Assembly: GCA_903907925.1 (NCBI GenBank)
Contig: CAIVQB010000073.1
Span: forward strand, 2,780-66,779
Origin: an uncultured Verrucomicrobiota bacterium
GTDB lineage: Bacteria; Verrucomicrobiota; Verrucomicrobiia; Limisphaerales; UBA9464
Reading direction: 5' to 3'
Length of the DNA stretch: 64,000 nt
The number at the start of each line of letters is the position of its first letter. Position 1 is the stretch's first letter. The translations under genes were made by a program, and so were the position numbers. Under the pieces are notes generated by a model, which saw only the letters and a list, made by a program, of their open reading frames with translations, did not search any database and was not told the DNA's origin. This document shows, piece after piece, positions 1-8,433 of this stretch.

Positions 1-512
1 GCGTCACCTTGATCGTCAGCGACGACCACGCCGGACTCAGGGCGGCCCGTGCCGCGGTCTTCCCATCCATCCCTTGGCAACGCTGCCAGTTCCATCTCCA
101 ACAGAACGCCCAGGCCTACGTCCCGCGCCTCGACCAACGGGCCGCTGTCGCCGAAGCCGTGCGCGGCATCTTCCTCAGCTCGGATCTCCCCGCCGCACAA
201 CGCCGCCTCAAAGAGGTCGTCGCCGGCTACGCCGGCACCCACCCGAAGCTCGCCTCGTGGATCGAGGAGAACATCCCCCTGGGCCTCACCGTTTTCGCCT
301 TCCCGGTCGCTCACCAAAAGCGCCTCCGCACCACCAACGCCCTCGAACGGATCAACCAGGAACTCAAACGCCGCACCCGCGTCGCCCGCGTCTTCCCCAA
401 CGAATCCTCTCTCCTCCGCCTCGTCTCCGCTCTCCTCGCCGAGATCTCCGAAGATTGGGAAACCGGAAAAATCTACCTCAGCATCGTCTCCTCATTCCCG
501 CCTACGACCTGA
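1..512 (+). CDS. IS256-family (Mutator-like) DDE transposase, C-terminal part; 5' end lies outside the window
   Basis: The reading frame is open from the window edge (VTLIVSDDHAGL...). The C-terminal IS256 signature RLRTTNALERINQELKRRTRVARVFPNESSLLRLVSALL is present. The stop is at 510-512, and the IS right end is probably within 513-665 but cannot be placed without the left end. Confidence 0.85.
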   Translation, partial: VTLIVSDDHAGLRAARAAVFPSIPWQRCQFHLQQNAQAYVPRLDQRAAVAEAVRGIFLSSDLPAAQRRLKEVVAGYAGTHPKLASWIEENIPLGLTVFAFPVAHQKRLRTTNALERINQELKRRTRVARVFPNESSLLRLVSALLAEISEDWETGKIYLSIVSSFPPTT

Positions 513-665
513 TGCCCGCAGAAATTACAGAAATAAAATTGCGCGGCCGTGTGTGTTCTGCTTTAACTGTACCCGGGTGCCGTGGTTGGCATGCCTTTAG
601 CATCCGTAAAATAGAGCCTGACAATTTTTGGCGCCGACCGAGCCACATCCATACGACCTGTTCCA

Positions 666-1328
666 ATGTCAATTCCTGCCATGAATCCATTCACCAAGCC
701 CCTCTCATGGGTGGCTCTCGCCGCCCTCACCATCGCCACCACCACCGCCCAAGCCTCGGCCTTAATCACCAATGGTGATTTTGAAACCGGCGACTTAACC
801 GGCTGGATATCGGGTTCGTTCAATTCGCTATCCGTCGGTTGGTCGAGTTTGCCCGGGGGAGGACTTTATTCCGCCCAAGGGCCTTGGGACGGGAATGGCC
901 CCGGGACCATCTCCCTCGCTCAAGACATTGGCGTTCTTGCAGTCGGAAGTTCTCTGAGCTTCGACTACGATGCCAGCGGTATTAATATGGGTGGTGGTGA
1001 TCGTGTTTTCAGCGTTTCGATCAGCCCCTTCGGAGGAGGCACGCCGTTCACTACTTTTGAGGTGTTTCGCATCCTTAGCGGTAGTCTTGGTAGCCAGAAT
1101 GGACCCACTAGTTTGGATTTGTCGGCATTTGCAGGTCAAAATGTGCGCGTGAGTTTCGAGTTGACTGTTCCCGCACCTTTTACGGGGATCGGCTCTTTCG
1201 AGTTGGATAACGTGACACTCACCGCGGCCGCCGTGCCGGAGCCTGCGGAATACGCGGCGGTGACCGGGTTGGCGCTGGGCGTCTTTGCTCTGGTGCGGTG
1301 TCGCAAGCAGGTAACGTGCAACGGATGA
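666..1328 (+). CDS. PEP-CTERM sorting-domain secreted protein with a jelly-roll/CBM-like module
   Basis: It has an N-terminal signal peptide (LSWVALAALTIATTTAQA) and an NGDFETGDLTGW module. The C-terminus is VPEPAEYAAVTGLALGVFALVRCRKQ, i.e. a PEP motif, a TM helix and a basic tail. Confidence 0.8.
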   Translation: MSIPAMNPFTKPLSWVALAALTIATTTAQASALITNGDFETGDLTGWISGSFNSLSVGWSSLPGGGLYSAQGPWDGNGPGTISLAQDIGVLAVGSSLSFDYDASGINMGGGDRVFSVSISPFGGGTPFTTFEVFRILSGSLGSQNGPTSLDLSAFAGQNVRVSFELTVPAPFTGIGSFELDNVTLTAAAVPEPAEYAAVTGLALGVFALVRCRKQVTCNG

Positions 1329-1443
1329 ACGCACGAATCACCAGTTATAATCTCGTCGATTTGCTGTGGGTCAAGTTGGACGCGAGTCCTCAGTGAAACA
1401 TTGATGAACATTTAGATTTAGTGATTTAAAGTTGAGAAAATGG

Positions 1444-1483
1444 AACCCATTCTTTCAGAAATGAGAGGATGGGTTTTTCGTTT
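1444..1483 (+). terminator. Rho-independent terminator downstream of the PEP-CTERM gene
   Basis: AACCCATTCTTTC / GAGAGGATGGGTT forms a stem of about 13 bp (with G-U pairs) around a 6-nt loop. It is followed by TTTTTCGTTT and sits inside an AT-rich 420-bp spacer. Confidence 0.6.
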
Positions 1484-1752
1484 ACCGAAACGATGTCCAC
1501 AATGCCCATTGCCGCGACAAAACGGCACCTATGCATACATTTGCAGTGTTGACGTATGATTTGATGGTCTTCCAATCAAATGTGCTTAGTGAACCAATTT
1601 CTTTTTAACTCACACTCGCTTAAACTTCATCACGGGCTTGATTCCAAATTGCTGAAGGCAGTTGTTCTGTATAGTTGCCTCGATTGTTTTTGCCTTATTT
1701 TCTATTTCAGCATCTTCTGGTTCGGCAAATATTCCGCCGGTAGACGTCACTG

Positions 1753-3537
1753 ATGAGATTCCTCCTTGTGCTCAGTTTGGCCCTCGGGCTGTGGGGCCGG
1801 TTGCTGGCCGGGGAACAGGCGACAGCGGTTGCCACGGTGACAGCTGGATTCGTTACCGGCATCACGGTGACCTCCGGAGGGTCGGGATACGTCGGCGAAC
1901 CGGCAGTGACTATCACCGATGGAGGAGGCTCTGGATCGGGAGCGACAGCCAAGGCGATTCTTACAGGAGACAAGGTGACGCTGGTCGTCGTGTTGACGGC
2001 GGGGTCCGGCTACTCGGGGCCGCCCACGGTTCAAATTGAGGCACCGCCAAAACAAACGGGACTCTCCATCCGACTGGTCCCGGCGCTCACGGTTGATGGA
2101 CCTCCTGGCAGCACCGATACGGTGGAATGGAGTTTGGAAGCGTATGGGCCGTGGACTGCGTGGACGAATGTTGTAGTTGGAACCAACGGAACTGTCGTGG
2201 TGGATCTCTCGATTGGTGCGTCAACTCGATTCTATCGAGCGGTTGCGCGGTCCGGGCCCCCTATCCCTGCCGGATTTGTTTTTGTCCAGGCAGGGACATT
2301 TGCAATGGGGACCTCAAGTTTGGATCCTTCGTTCCAAGATTCCCCACAACATTTTGTGACACTGACGCAAGGTTTCTGGATCAGCGATCACGAAACTACC
2401 GAAGGCGAATGGTTGCGAGTTATGGACTCTCGCTACTCTCAAATGGGCGATAATATGCCGATCTCCGGCGTGGGTTGGTACAACGCGGTAGACTACTGCG
2501 ACCGACTAACGGAACTGGAACGGTCGGCGGGGCGCTTATCCACGACCCAGACGTATCGACTTCCGACCGAAGCCGAATGGGAGTACGCCTGCCGAGCGGG
2601 AAACACCAATGATCCATCCGGAATTTTGGATTCAATCGCGTGGTACTCCAACAACTCTTCAGAACGAGCGCATCCCGTTGGTCAAAAACAACCCAACGTT
2701 TGGGGGCTGTATGATACGCTCGGAAATGTTGCCGAATGGGTTTGGGATCGGTACGGGAATATTTCAACCGCCTCAGCTATTGATCCCCGTGGACCCGGGT
2801 CAGGAACTCGCCGAATTAGTCGCGGTGGCAATTGGGCGAGTGGTACGTCCGATTGCAACGCTTCCTATCGTGGGGGGCAATCTGGCATAACTGGATTTCG
2901 TCCGGTTTTAGCCGCAGTTAATTCTAAAACACCACCGACCGTTGCTATCACTTACCCTGTGGATCAAACCCTGTTGCGGCGGTACCGCGGATTTAATTTT
3001 TTTGCGATGGTGGAGACATCTTACGCCGATGGGTGGATACCATTTGTTGAGCTTCTCGCGAATGGCCAATCGATTTCATCCTCGGGATCACAGATAAAGG
3101 GGGCTTGGTCTTCGGTCGATTCACCGGCGTCGTTCATCGGCCTGGACCTTCCTGAAGGAACTTATGATTTGACCGCTCGAATTCTAGATAATGATGGGAA
3201 CTCATATACATCTGCTCCAGTACACATTGTCGTGGAATCCATTCCTCCACCTGTTTTTACTCAGCAACCAGCAAGTGTTTCTGTTGCCTCCGGAGCAAAG
3301 GTCACATTTTCGGCGCTTGCGGTTGGCCAGGCTCCAGGGGATCCGAGGGGGGGCACGGGTTACAGTTGGTATTTCAACGGGGGTCTAATAAATGGGTTGG
3401 CAGGTGGAGGCACAGCCACGCTTCGAGTAAATAATGGGAATCCGGTCACGGCACAGAATGCCGGTAACTACTGGGCAGTCTTTTCTGACACGGCGGGATC
3501 CGTGCAGAGTACAACCGCGGTTTTAACCGTTCAGTGA
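1753..3537 (+). CDS. Secreted formylglycine-generating-enzyme (SUMF1/FGE-sulfatase) domain protein with Ig-like C-terminal domains
   Basis: It has a signal peptide. FGE-domain motifs are present: FVFVQAGTFAMG, HFVTLTQGFWISDHETT, YRLPTEAEWEYACRAG, WGLYDTLGNVAEWVWD, RGGNWAS. The C-terminus contains Ig-like repeats (EGTYDLTARILDNDGNSYTSAPVHIVV; I-set-like ending TAVLTVQ). Confidence 0.85.
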   Translation: MRFLLVLSLALGLWGRLLAGEQATAVATVTAGFVTGITVTSGGSGYVGEPAVTITDGGGSGSGATAKAILTGDKVTLVVVLTAGSGYSGPPTVQIEAPPKQTGLSIRLVPALTVDGPPGSTDTVEWSLEAYGPWTAWTNVVVGTNGTVVVDLSIGASTRFYRAVARSGPPIPAGFVFVQAGTFAMGTSSLDPSFQDSPQHFVTLTQGFWISDHETTEGEWLRVMDSRYSQMGDNMPISGVGWYNAVDYCDRLTELERSAGRLSTTQTYRLPTEAEWEYACRAGNTNDPSGILDSIAWYSNNSSERAHPVGQKQPNVWGLYDTLGNVAEWVWDRYGNISTASAIDPRGPGSGTRRISRGGNWASGTSDCNASYRGGQSGITGFRPVLAAVNSKTPPTVAITYPVDQTLLRRYRGFNFFAMVETSYADGWIPFVELLANGQSISSSGSQIKGAWSSVDSPASFIGLDLPEGTYDLTARILDNDGNSYTSAPVHIVVESIPPPVFTQQPASVSVASGAKVTFSALAVGQAPGDPRGGTGYSWYFNGGLINGLAGGGTATLRVNNGNPVTAQNAGNYWAVFSDTAGSVQSTTAVLTVQ

Positions 3538-3875
3538 GATTCGGTATCGTGGGCCATTTGTTACGCGAGTAACGGGCTTCGTTGTCGGACTGGTTTGAAC
3601 AGACCCGCGTGAGGTACTGGGGTGCCGCAGCCTCTGGCTGCCCCGTAAGCGCGTCCTGATGCCCAGCCTGCTGCATCTCGCACCGCCCGATGTTATCGGC
3701 GGATCCTGGTGGCGTCGGATGCTTTGAGCATCCTTGAAGCAATGCTTGGAGCACGGGTGGCGGATGGCGGATTCCTTGGCGTACATTGTGAACAGCGTGA
3801 ACTTTGTGAATGTTTACAACCTAACTGTTTCGGGTGTCGCGATGGTTCGCGAGGGCTTGTCGAATGGCACAGCCG

Positions 3876-4205
3876 TCATTGGCCACCCTCCAGCATCGAC
3901 ACCAGCCGGGCGCGGGCGCGGGCGAGAGCGGGGTGACGGGTCGCAGCCAAGCCGGCCAGAACGCGTCGGAGTAGAGCCGGCGATCCACCGTCAAACTCAC
4001 CATCGAGAACCTGTCGAGCGGTCGAAACCAAGGCCGGGCGGTGTTGTTCGTCGAGGATCTCCAGCACCTCGGCTTTCTGTCGCCGGAGCTGGTCCAGTAG
4101 TTCCCGTGAAAGTTGGTCGTAGCCGGTGATGCCGAGGCCGTTGGGGTGGCGTCTCAAGATCGCACCTCGGATCTGACATTCGTGAACGAGTTTGTCGGCG
4201 GTCAT
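3876..4205 (-). CDS. Hypothetical island protein, translationally coupled to the primase-like gene
   Basis: An ATGA overlap links it to the upstream gene at 4202-4205. The segment RGAILRRHPNGLGITGYDQLSRELLDQLRRQKAEVLEIL resembles TubC_N-type docking motifs; this is a weak assignment made by eye. Confidence 0.5.
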   Translation of the reverse strand: MTADKLVHECQIRGAILRRHPNGLGITGYDQLSRELLDQLRRQKAEVLEILDEQHRPALVSTARQVLDGEFDGGSPALLRRVLAGLAATRHPALARARARLVSMLEGGQ

Positions 4206-5626
4206 AAAATAATTTCGGCGGGACTGAGCGGCACCGCGCTCGGGGAATCCTCAACGACACCAACAACCCATTCGTTCGGAACATTCAAACGGTATTCGGC
4301 GGCCCGGGTTGGCGTTTTAGATGCTTTTGTAATGCGGTCCAGAGTCGGCCTGAATCCCTTTAGAACCCGATGAACCTTCGCAGGGTGGTCGAGCTCGACG
4401 AACCCTTCATCCTTCGCGGCGGTAACAATGAGATCGAGGGGCGCGATGATGATTCCGCCGGTAAGCTGGGCTTGGATGGAAAGCATGGCCAAAAGTCGGA
4501 GGCGCTTCGGCTCTGGATCTTCGATTACATGGTGCCACCACGACGGCGGCGGTTCGGTTCGGCTCCGTTCCCACGCAATCCGCCACGGCACACTGGTGAT
4601 GCCGAGTTTAGCGTCGAGGAACTTCTGGGTAAACTCGTCCCGATAGTCTGAGTCGGAGTGCCGCCGGAATTCGTTCGGTGTCACTTCCAGCCAAAGATTG
4701 ATAACCGTCCGTTGGTCATTCTTGGACAGTTGGAATCGGTCTAGTCCGAGTTCACGCTCCAAATCGCGACACAACCGACCTAGTCGAAAAAGGCCGGCAT
4801 CGGTTTGACTGATGGCAACGGGGGCGAGTTCCTTGATCCGATCACGCAGTTTCGGGTCATTGGGATTTAGCTGGCCTTCACCTGCTATCGGAGAACCGGG
4901 AGAGGGGGTGGATGAGAGAGGAAGATGACTGCCATTCCGCAAGTCTGAACGTCCGCTAGTCTGTAAGTCTGTCTCACACCTCGCCGGCTTCCCGAAATCC
5001 GTTACCGTAACGGTGCGTAGCGGTGTGTAGCGCCCGGTGGGAGCTTTCACGATGATGCCTGGGTCGAACGACACAAAACACCGTCGGCAAACGTCCTTCC
5101 CGGATGGGTCGACCGTGAGCTTCGGGAACTTCTCGGCAACCTCTCGAACGACGGCGTCGAAACATCCCCGGTGACTGGTTTCTTCGGTAGCATCAACCGC
5201 GACAACCCATTTGATCCCGCAACCCGACGGTGAAATGAACACAAGAACGGTGGCCGGGTGCCGCCCGAGCTCGTCCTTGGCCCTCTCGATCTGGTCTAGC
5301 GCTAAACCATCGAAATCGACCACCAGCAGGCCCGAGTGCTGGACCAGACCTGCTTTGCCGGCCGCGCGGAATTCTCCGGAGAACGTCACCGCTGGGAGGG
5401 CATCTTTAACTTCTTTGTACGCACCTTTGTCGCCTTTCTTATAGGCATCTCGACCGGCCTCGATCTTTTCCCGATAATCGTTGCCGCGGATTAGATCAAC
5501 AACCTGTTGAACCGTGATCGGTTTGACGACCTTTCCAGTAATCCGTTTTTGAAATGTGACCTGTGTGTCGAGAACGGTCCGGGCTTTCGGAGGGCGTTCG
5601 ACTGGCGCGATAAGAACCATGCTCAT
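4202..5626 (-). CDS. Primase-like protein with a BT4734/VirE-type N-terminal domain (mobile-element replication or mobilisation)
   Basis: LPAVTFSGEFRAAGKAGLVQHSGLLVVDFDGL...VLVFISPSGCGIKWVVAV matches the BT4734-like/VirE_N pattern. No Walker A motif is visible in the C-terminal half. Confidence 0.65.
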   Translation of the reverse strand: MSMVLIAPVERPPKARTVLDTQVTFQKRITGKVVKPITVQQVVDLIRGNDYREKIEAGRDAYKKGDKGAYKEVKDALPAVTFSGEFRAAGKAGLVQHSGLLVVDFDGLALDQIERAKDELGRHPATVLVFISPSGCGIKWVVAVDATEETSHRGCFDAVVREVAEKFPKLTVDPSGKDVCRRCFVSFDPGIIVKAPTGRYTPLRTVTVTDFGKPARCETDLQTSGRSDLRNGSHLPLSSTPSPGSPIAGEGQLNPNDPKLRDRIKELAPVAISQTDAGLFRLGRLCRDLERELGLDRFQLSKNDQRTVINLWLEVTPNEFRRHSDSDYRDEFTQKFLDAKLGITSVPWRIAWERSRTEPPPSWWHHVIEDPEPKRLRLLAMLSIQAQLTGGIIIAPLDLIVTAAKDEGFVELDHPAKVHRVLKGFRPTLDRITKASKTPTRAAEYRLNVPNEWVVGVVEDSPSAVPLSPAEIIL

Positions 5627-5777
5627 GTCGGGTCCTTCTCAACGGCCCACGCGAGCAGGGCACACCCTTCCCGATGCTGGTGTACCGCCTGGTTGACCTC
5701 GTGACGCGTCCGGTTCCATTTGTTCGTATCGGAGGGAGCACCCGTTGGCGGCGTTTCGCAGCGTTTTAGGGGGTTCA

Positions 5778-6131
5778 TCAAAACGCCTCCTTTCCCACAG
5801 TACTCCCGCCATTGGGAACCTCATGCCGAGCAATGAAACTGAGGATGCTCTCAAGGTGAAAAAGCCGACACCCACGCTCTTTCCCGGGCTCACGAATCGA
5901 GACGGTCCGGATGACGCCTTGGCCGGCAAGTTGGTAGAGGTAACTCCGGGTCAAGCCCGTGTAGATTTCGATTCCCGTCTTGGGTGCGCGAACCCAAATC
6001 GGGATTGGACCGGATCGGTCGTTGAGAAGAACATCCGCTCTCTCGGTTGCGGTTTTGCGCTTCGCATTTCCCGGAAGCGTCTCGGGGGATTCATTTGTGT
6101 TTGCCACACCCCCTAGAAACCACATTTTCAC
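5778..6131 (-). CDS. Excisionase/AlpA-like helix-turn-helix DNA-binding protein
   Basis: IEIYTGLTRSYLYQLAGQGVIRTVSIREPGKERGCRLFHLESILSFI fits the HTH_17/excisionase-type pattern. The true start may be internal. Confidence 0.55.
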   Translation of the reverse strand: MKMWFLGGVANTNESPETLPGNAKRKTATERADVLLNDRSGPIPIWVRAPKTGIEIYTGLTRSYLYQLAGQGVIRTVSIREPGKERGCRLFHLESILSFIARHEVPNGGSTVGKEAF

Positions 6132-6172
6132 ACGCAGCGATCTTGCCGCTTTTCTGTCAAATCGCAGGCCCG

Positions 6173-7105
6173 TTAGAGGGGCCGTGTCTTCCGGTACGCC
6201 CTTGCCCTAGCAGTTTTCACGTCCATGGCTCCGATGTGGTCGCTTTCATTTTCGCCTCCTGTCCCAGCATCAGCCAAGCGCCCAACGACCTGGTCAAACG
6301 GCTTGAAGGCCGCAGCCTCGCTCCCATCTGACCGAAGGAGAACTTGGGATTCCACGGCGTTGAATCGCATCTGCGAATCCGGATGGTAGCATTTGGCGAG
6401 GTATTGGAGCAGCCCGCCGCGTCGCCCGGGTGCGCCAAGAATGGCTTCCAGAAGTCTGGTAACCCTTTGCCGTGTTTCGCTCTTGTTGGGATCCGAAGAA
6501 GGCACAGGACCGGAAAGCGTTCCCACCCGTAGCCATTGCCACAGGGATCGGTGGGCCGGTTCGTCAAAGGTCGGCCGCCCTTCCGCATCGTGGGTTTTCG
6601 GGTGATTTGGCAACAACCAACGCCAGTCGTAGGAAGGACCTCCACAAGGCGGTTTTCGCCGAGCGTCCCTGCGATGGCCGGCAAACTCCTCAATCGCCAT
6701 CCTAAGACTCTGGCGGAGCGCAGGCTTGGCAATTCCACCGGTTACCAATTCCAAACCAAGGAATCGGTGTTGGCGGGCCGCCGCGGTGGTCGAATTGCCC
6801 CGTTCCTCAGCAAGTTGAAGCAATTCCTTTCGCGTCAGCTCGCGGCGGGGTGGGGCTACCGCGCCAGCGCGCAGGGATTCACCTTCCGCATCAAGGGTGG
6901 CTGCGACCAACGCCAATTCATTTTCCCTTACCGGTCCACACAACAACAAAATTCCAATCTCCCCCAAAAGGGTCTCGGGAACTTTGGGGTGCTTGCACTT
7001 TGCCACTGCGGCAGCGATCTGGTTGGGGACCAGTCCGGATCCCAGTTGGACGCCCGGGAAATATCCGTCGGGCACCTTTTTGCTAACTTTTTTTCCGTTG
7101 GCCAT
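6173..7105 (-). CDS. Hypothetical protein in the integrase position next to tRNA-Phe; no recombinase motifs seen
   Basis: The ORF runs 6173..7198, with ATG at 7105 (MANGKKVSKK) the most plausible start. No tyrosine-recombinase (R..HxxR..Y), serine-recombinase or DDE signature is recognisable. Confidence 0.5.
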   Translation of the reverse strand: MANGKKVSKKVPDGYFPGVQLGSGLVPNQIAAAVAKCKHPKVPETLLGEIGILLLCGPVRENELALVAATLDAEGESLRAGAVAPPRRELTRKELLQLAEERGNSTTAAARQHRFLGLELVTGGIAKPALRQSLRMAIEEFAGHRRDARRKPPCGGPSYDWRWLLPNHPKTHDAEGRPTFDEPAHRSLWQWLRVGTLSGPVPSSDPNKSETRQRVTRLLEAILGAPGRRGGLLQYLAKCYHPDSQMRFNAVESQVLLRSDGSEAAAFKPFDQVVGRLADAGTGGENESDHIGAMDVKTARARAYRKTRPL

Positions 7106-7212
7106 CCGTCGCCGTTCGCTGGGGTTGAATTCTTGCCGACCCCCGCCCCCGTCCCGGACCGGCTGAACACACCCTAGAACTTCGGCGAACTCAGGCAAAC
7201 CCCGGAGGATTT

Positions 7213-7235
7213 GTTAGCACTGGGCGTTAGCACTG
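7213..7235. repeat. Tandem direct repeat GTTAGCACTG (two copies, 13-bp period) between the island's first gene and the tRNA 3' end
   Basis: GTTAGCACTG occurs at 7213-7222 and again at 7226-7235, both read directly from the sequence. Confidence 0.7.
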
Positions 7236-7271
7236 AGGGCCGGAAAACCCCTAACCCGTTGCGGGAGAAAA

Positions 7272-7347
7272 TGGTGGCTGCGGCCGGAATCGAACCGGCG
7301 ACACGCGGATTTTCAATCCGCTGCTCTACCAACTGAGCTACACAGCC
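7272..7347 (-). tRNA. tRNA-Phe (anticodon GAA), CCA encoded
   Basis: The reverse complement is GGCTGTGTAGCTCAGTTGGTAGAGCAGCGGATTGAAAATCCGCGTGTCGCCGGTTCGATTCCGGCCGCAGCCACCA. It folds as a cloverleaf with a 7-bp acceptor stem, a TTGAAAA anticodon loop and a GGTTCGATTCC T-arm. Confidence 0.95.
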
Positions 7348-7507
7348 TTCCGTGGGCGGGCAATAAACTCGACGGATGCCCGCCTACGCAAGGGGTTTTT
7401 TGGATTGGAGCAGGTGGGGAGGTTGAAGAGGGAGCCGCATCCGACGGTTCGGTTGGGATCTGTTCTTCGACTCCGGGTTCCACAGGTGAGAATCCGGGCG
7501 GACCCGG

Positions 7508-8413
7508 CTACACCAACTCGGTCTGCAGGCGGTCGAGCAGGCGCTTGGTGGCATTGACGCCTTCGGGTTCGGAGAGGTGTTCGCCCTCGTATTCGATGCC
7601 CAGCCACCGATGGTAGCCGGCGGCCAGCACGATGCGCATCATCCGGCGATAATCGGTCTCGGTGCAGTTGCCCCGCGCGTCGAAGTCGTGGCTCTTGGCG
7701 CTGACCGCATGCGCGTACGGCATCATCTCAGTCACGCCCTGGTAGCGGTCGTAGTCGTACCAATTCCCGAAGTCCGGCAGCAAACCGGCCCGTGGATGAT
7801 CGACGCGCCTCATCAAGCCCACCAGCCATTGCCCGTTCGAGGCGAGGCCGCCGTGGTTCTCGACCATGCAGTTCAATCCCAGATCGGCGCAGTATTCCGT
7901 CAATTGACGCAGGCCGTCGGCTGCCCGCTTCTGTTGTTCCTCGGGGGTGCCTACGTGACCAGTCTCGGCATTGACCCGGATGCTGTGGCACCCGAAATAC
8001 GCCGCTGCATCCGCCCATTTGCGATGCTGGATCGCCGCCAACTGGCGCAGGACCGGATCGGGATCACCGAGTGCGCCCTCGTCGTCACACATGATGAGCT
8101 TGATGCCCACGCCTTCGCCCTCGGCGCGGCGCTTGAATTCCGCGAGGTAGGAACGGTCGGTCGCCTTGTCCATGAAGAACTGGTTCACCAGTTCGATGGC
8201 GTCGATGCCGTGATCCCGCCGGGCCACCTTCGGAAAGTCCAGGTGGGACATTTTCCGGCCGAACAGGGCGTTGTGATAGGACCATTCCGCCAGACTGATC
8301 TGGAACAACGGCCGCCGGGCGCCCGTCACCGCGGCGCAGCCGGCTCCGGCGAACGCCCCGACGCCAACCGCAGCGGCGGCTGTCGATCCGATGAGGAATT
8401 GGCGGCGATTCAT
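7508..8413 (-). CDS. Sugar phosphate isomerase/epimerase (xylose isomerase-like TIM barrel) with a Tat signal
   Basis: MNRRQFLIGSTAAAAVGVGAFAGAG carries a twin-arginine signal. The TIM-barrel body includes DAIELV, IKLIMCD, HSIRVN, CMVENHGG and GIEYEG. A TTG at 8437 is an alternative start. Confidence 0.85.
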   Translation of the reverse strand: MNRRQFLIGSTAAAAVGVGAFAGAGCAAVTGARRPLFQISLAEWSYHNALFGRKMSHLDFPKVARRDHGIDAIELVNQFFMDKATDRSYLAEFKRRAEGEGVGIKLIMCDDEGALGDPDPVLRQLAAIQHRKWADAAAYFGCHSIRVNAETGHVGTPEEQQKRAADGLRQLTEYCADLGLNCMVENHGGLASNGQWLVGLMRRVDHPRAGLLPDFGNWYDYDRYQGVTEMMPYAHAVSAKSHDFDARGNCTETDYRRMMRIVLAAGYHRWLGIEYEGEHLSEPEGVNATKRLLDRLQTELV

Positions 8414-8433
8414 GGCAGGACGGTTCAGCCGCC

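Noticed and set aside
3707-3713. I looked for a direct repeat of the tRNA-Phe 3' end (TGGTGGCTGCGG...) that would mark the distal att site of the island.
   Set aside because: Only a 7-nt match (TGGTGGC) was found at 3707-3713. That is too short to be meaningful, and no longer repeat was seen by eye anywhere in 1-7271.
7355-7400. A hairpin GGCGGGCA...TGCCCGCC followed after 9 nt by GGGGTTTTTT lies upstream of tRNA-Phe. It could be a terminator.
   Set aside because: No plus-strand gene lies upstream for it to terminate. On the minus strand the T-run precedes rather than follows the stem. The geometry is not canonical.
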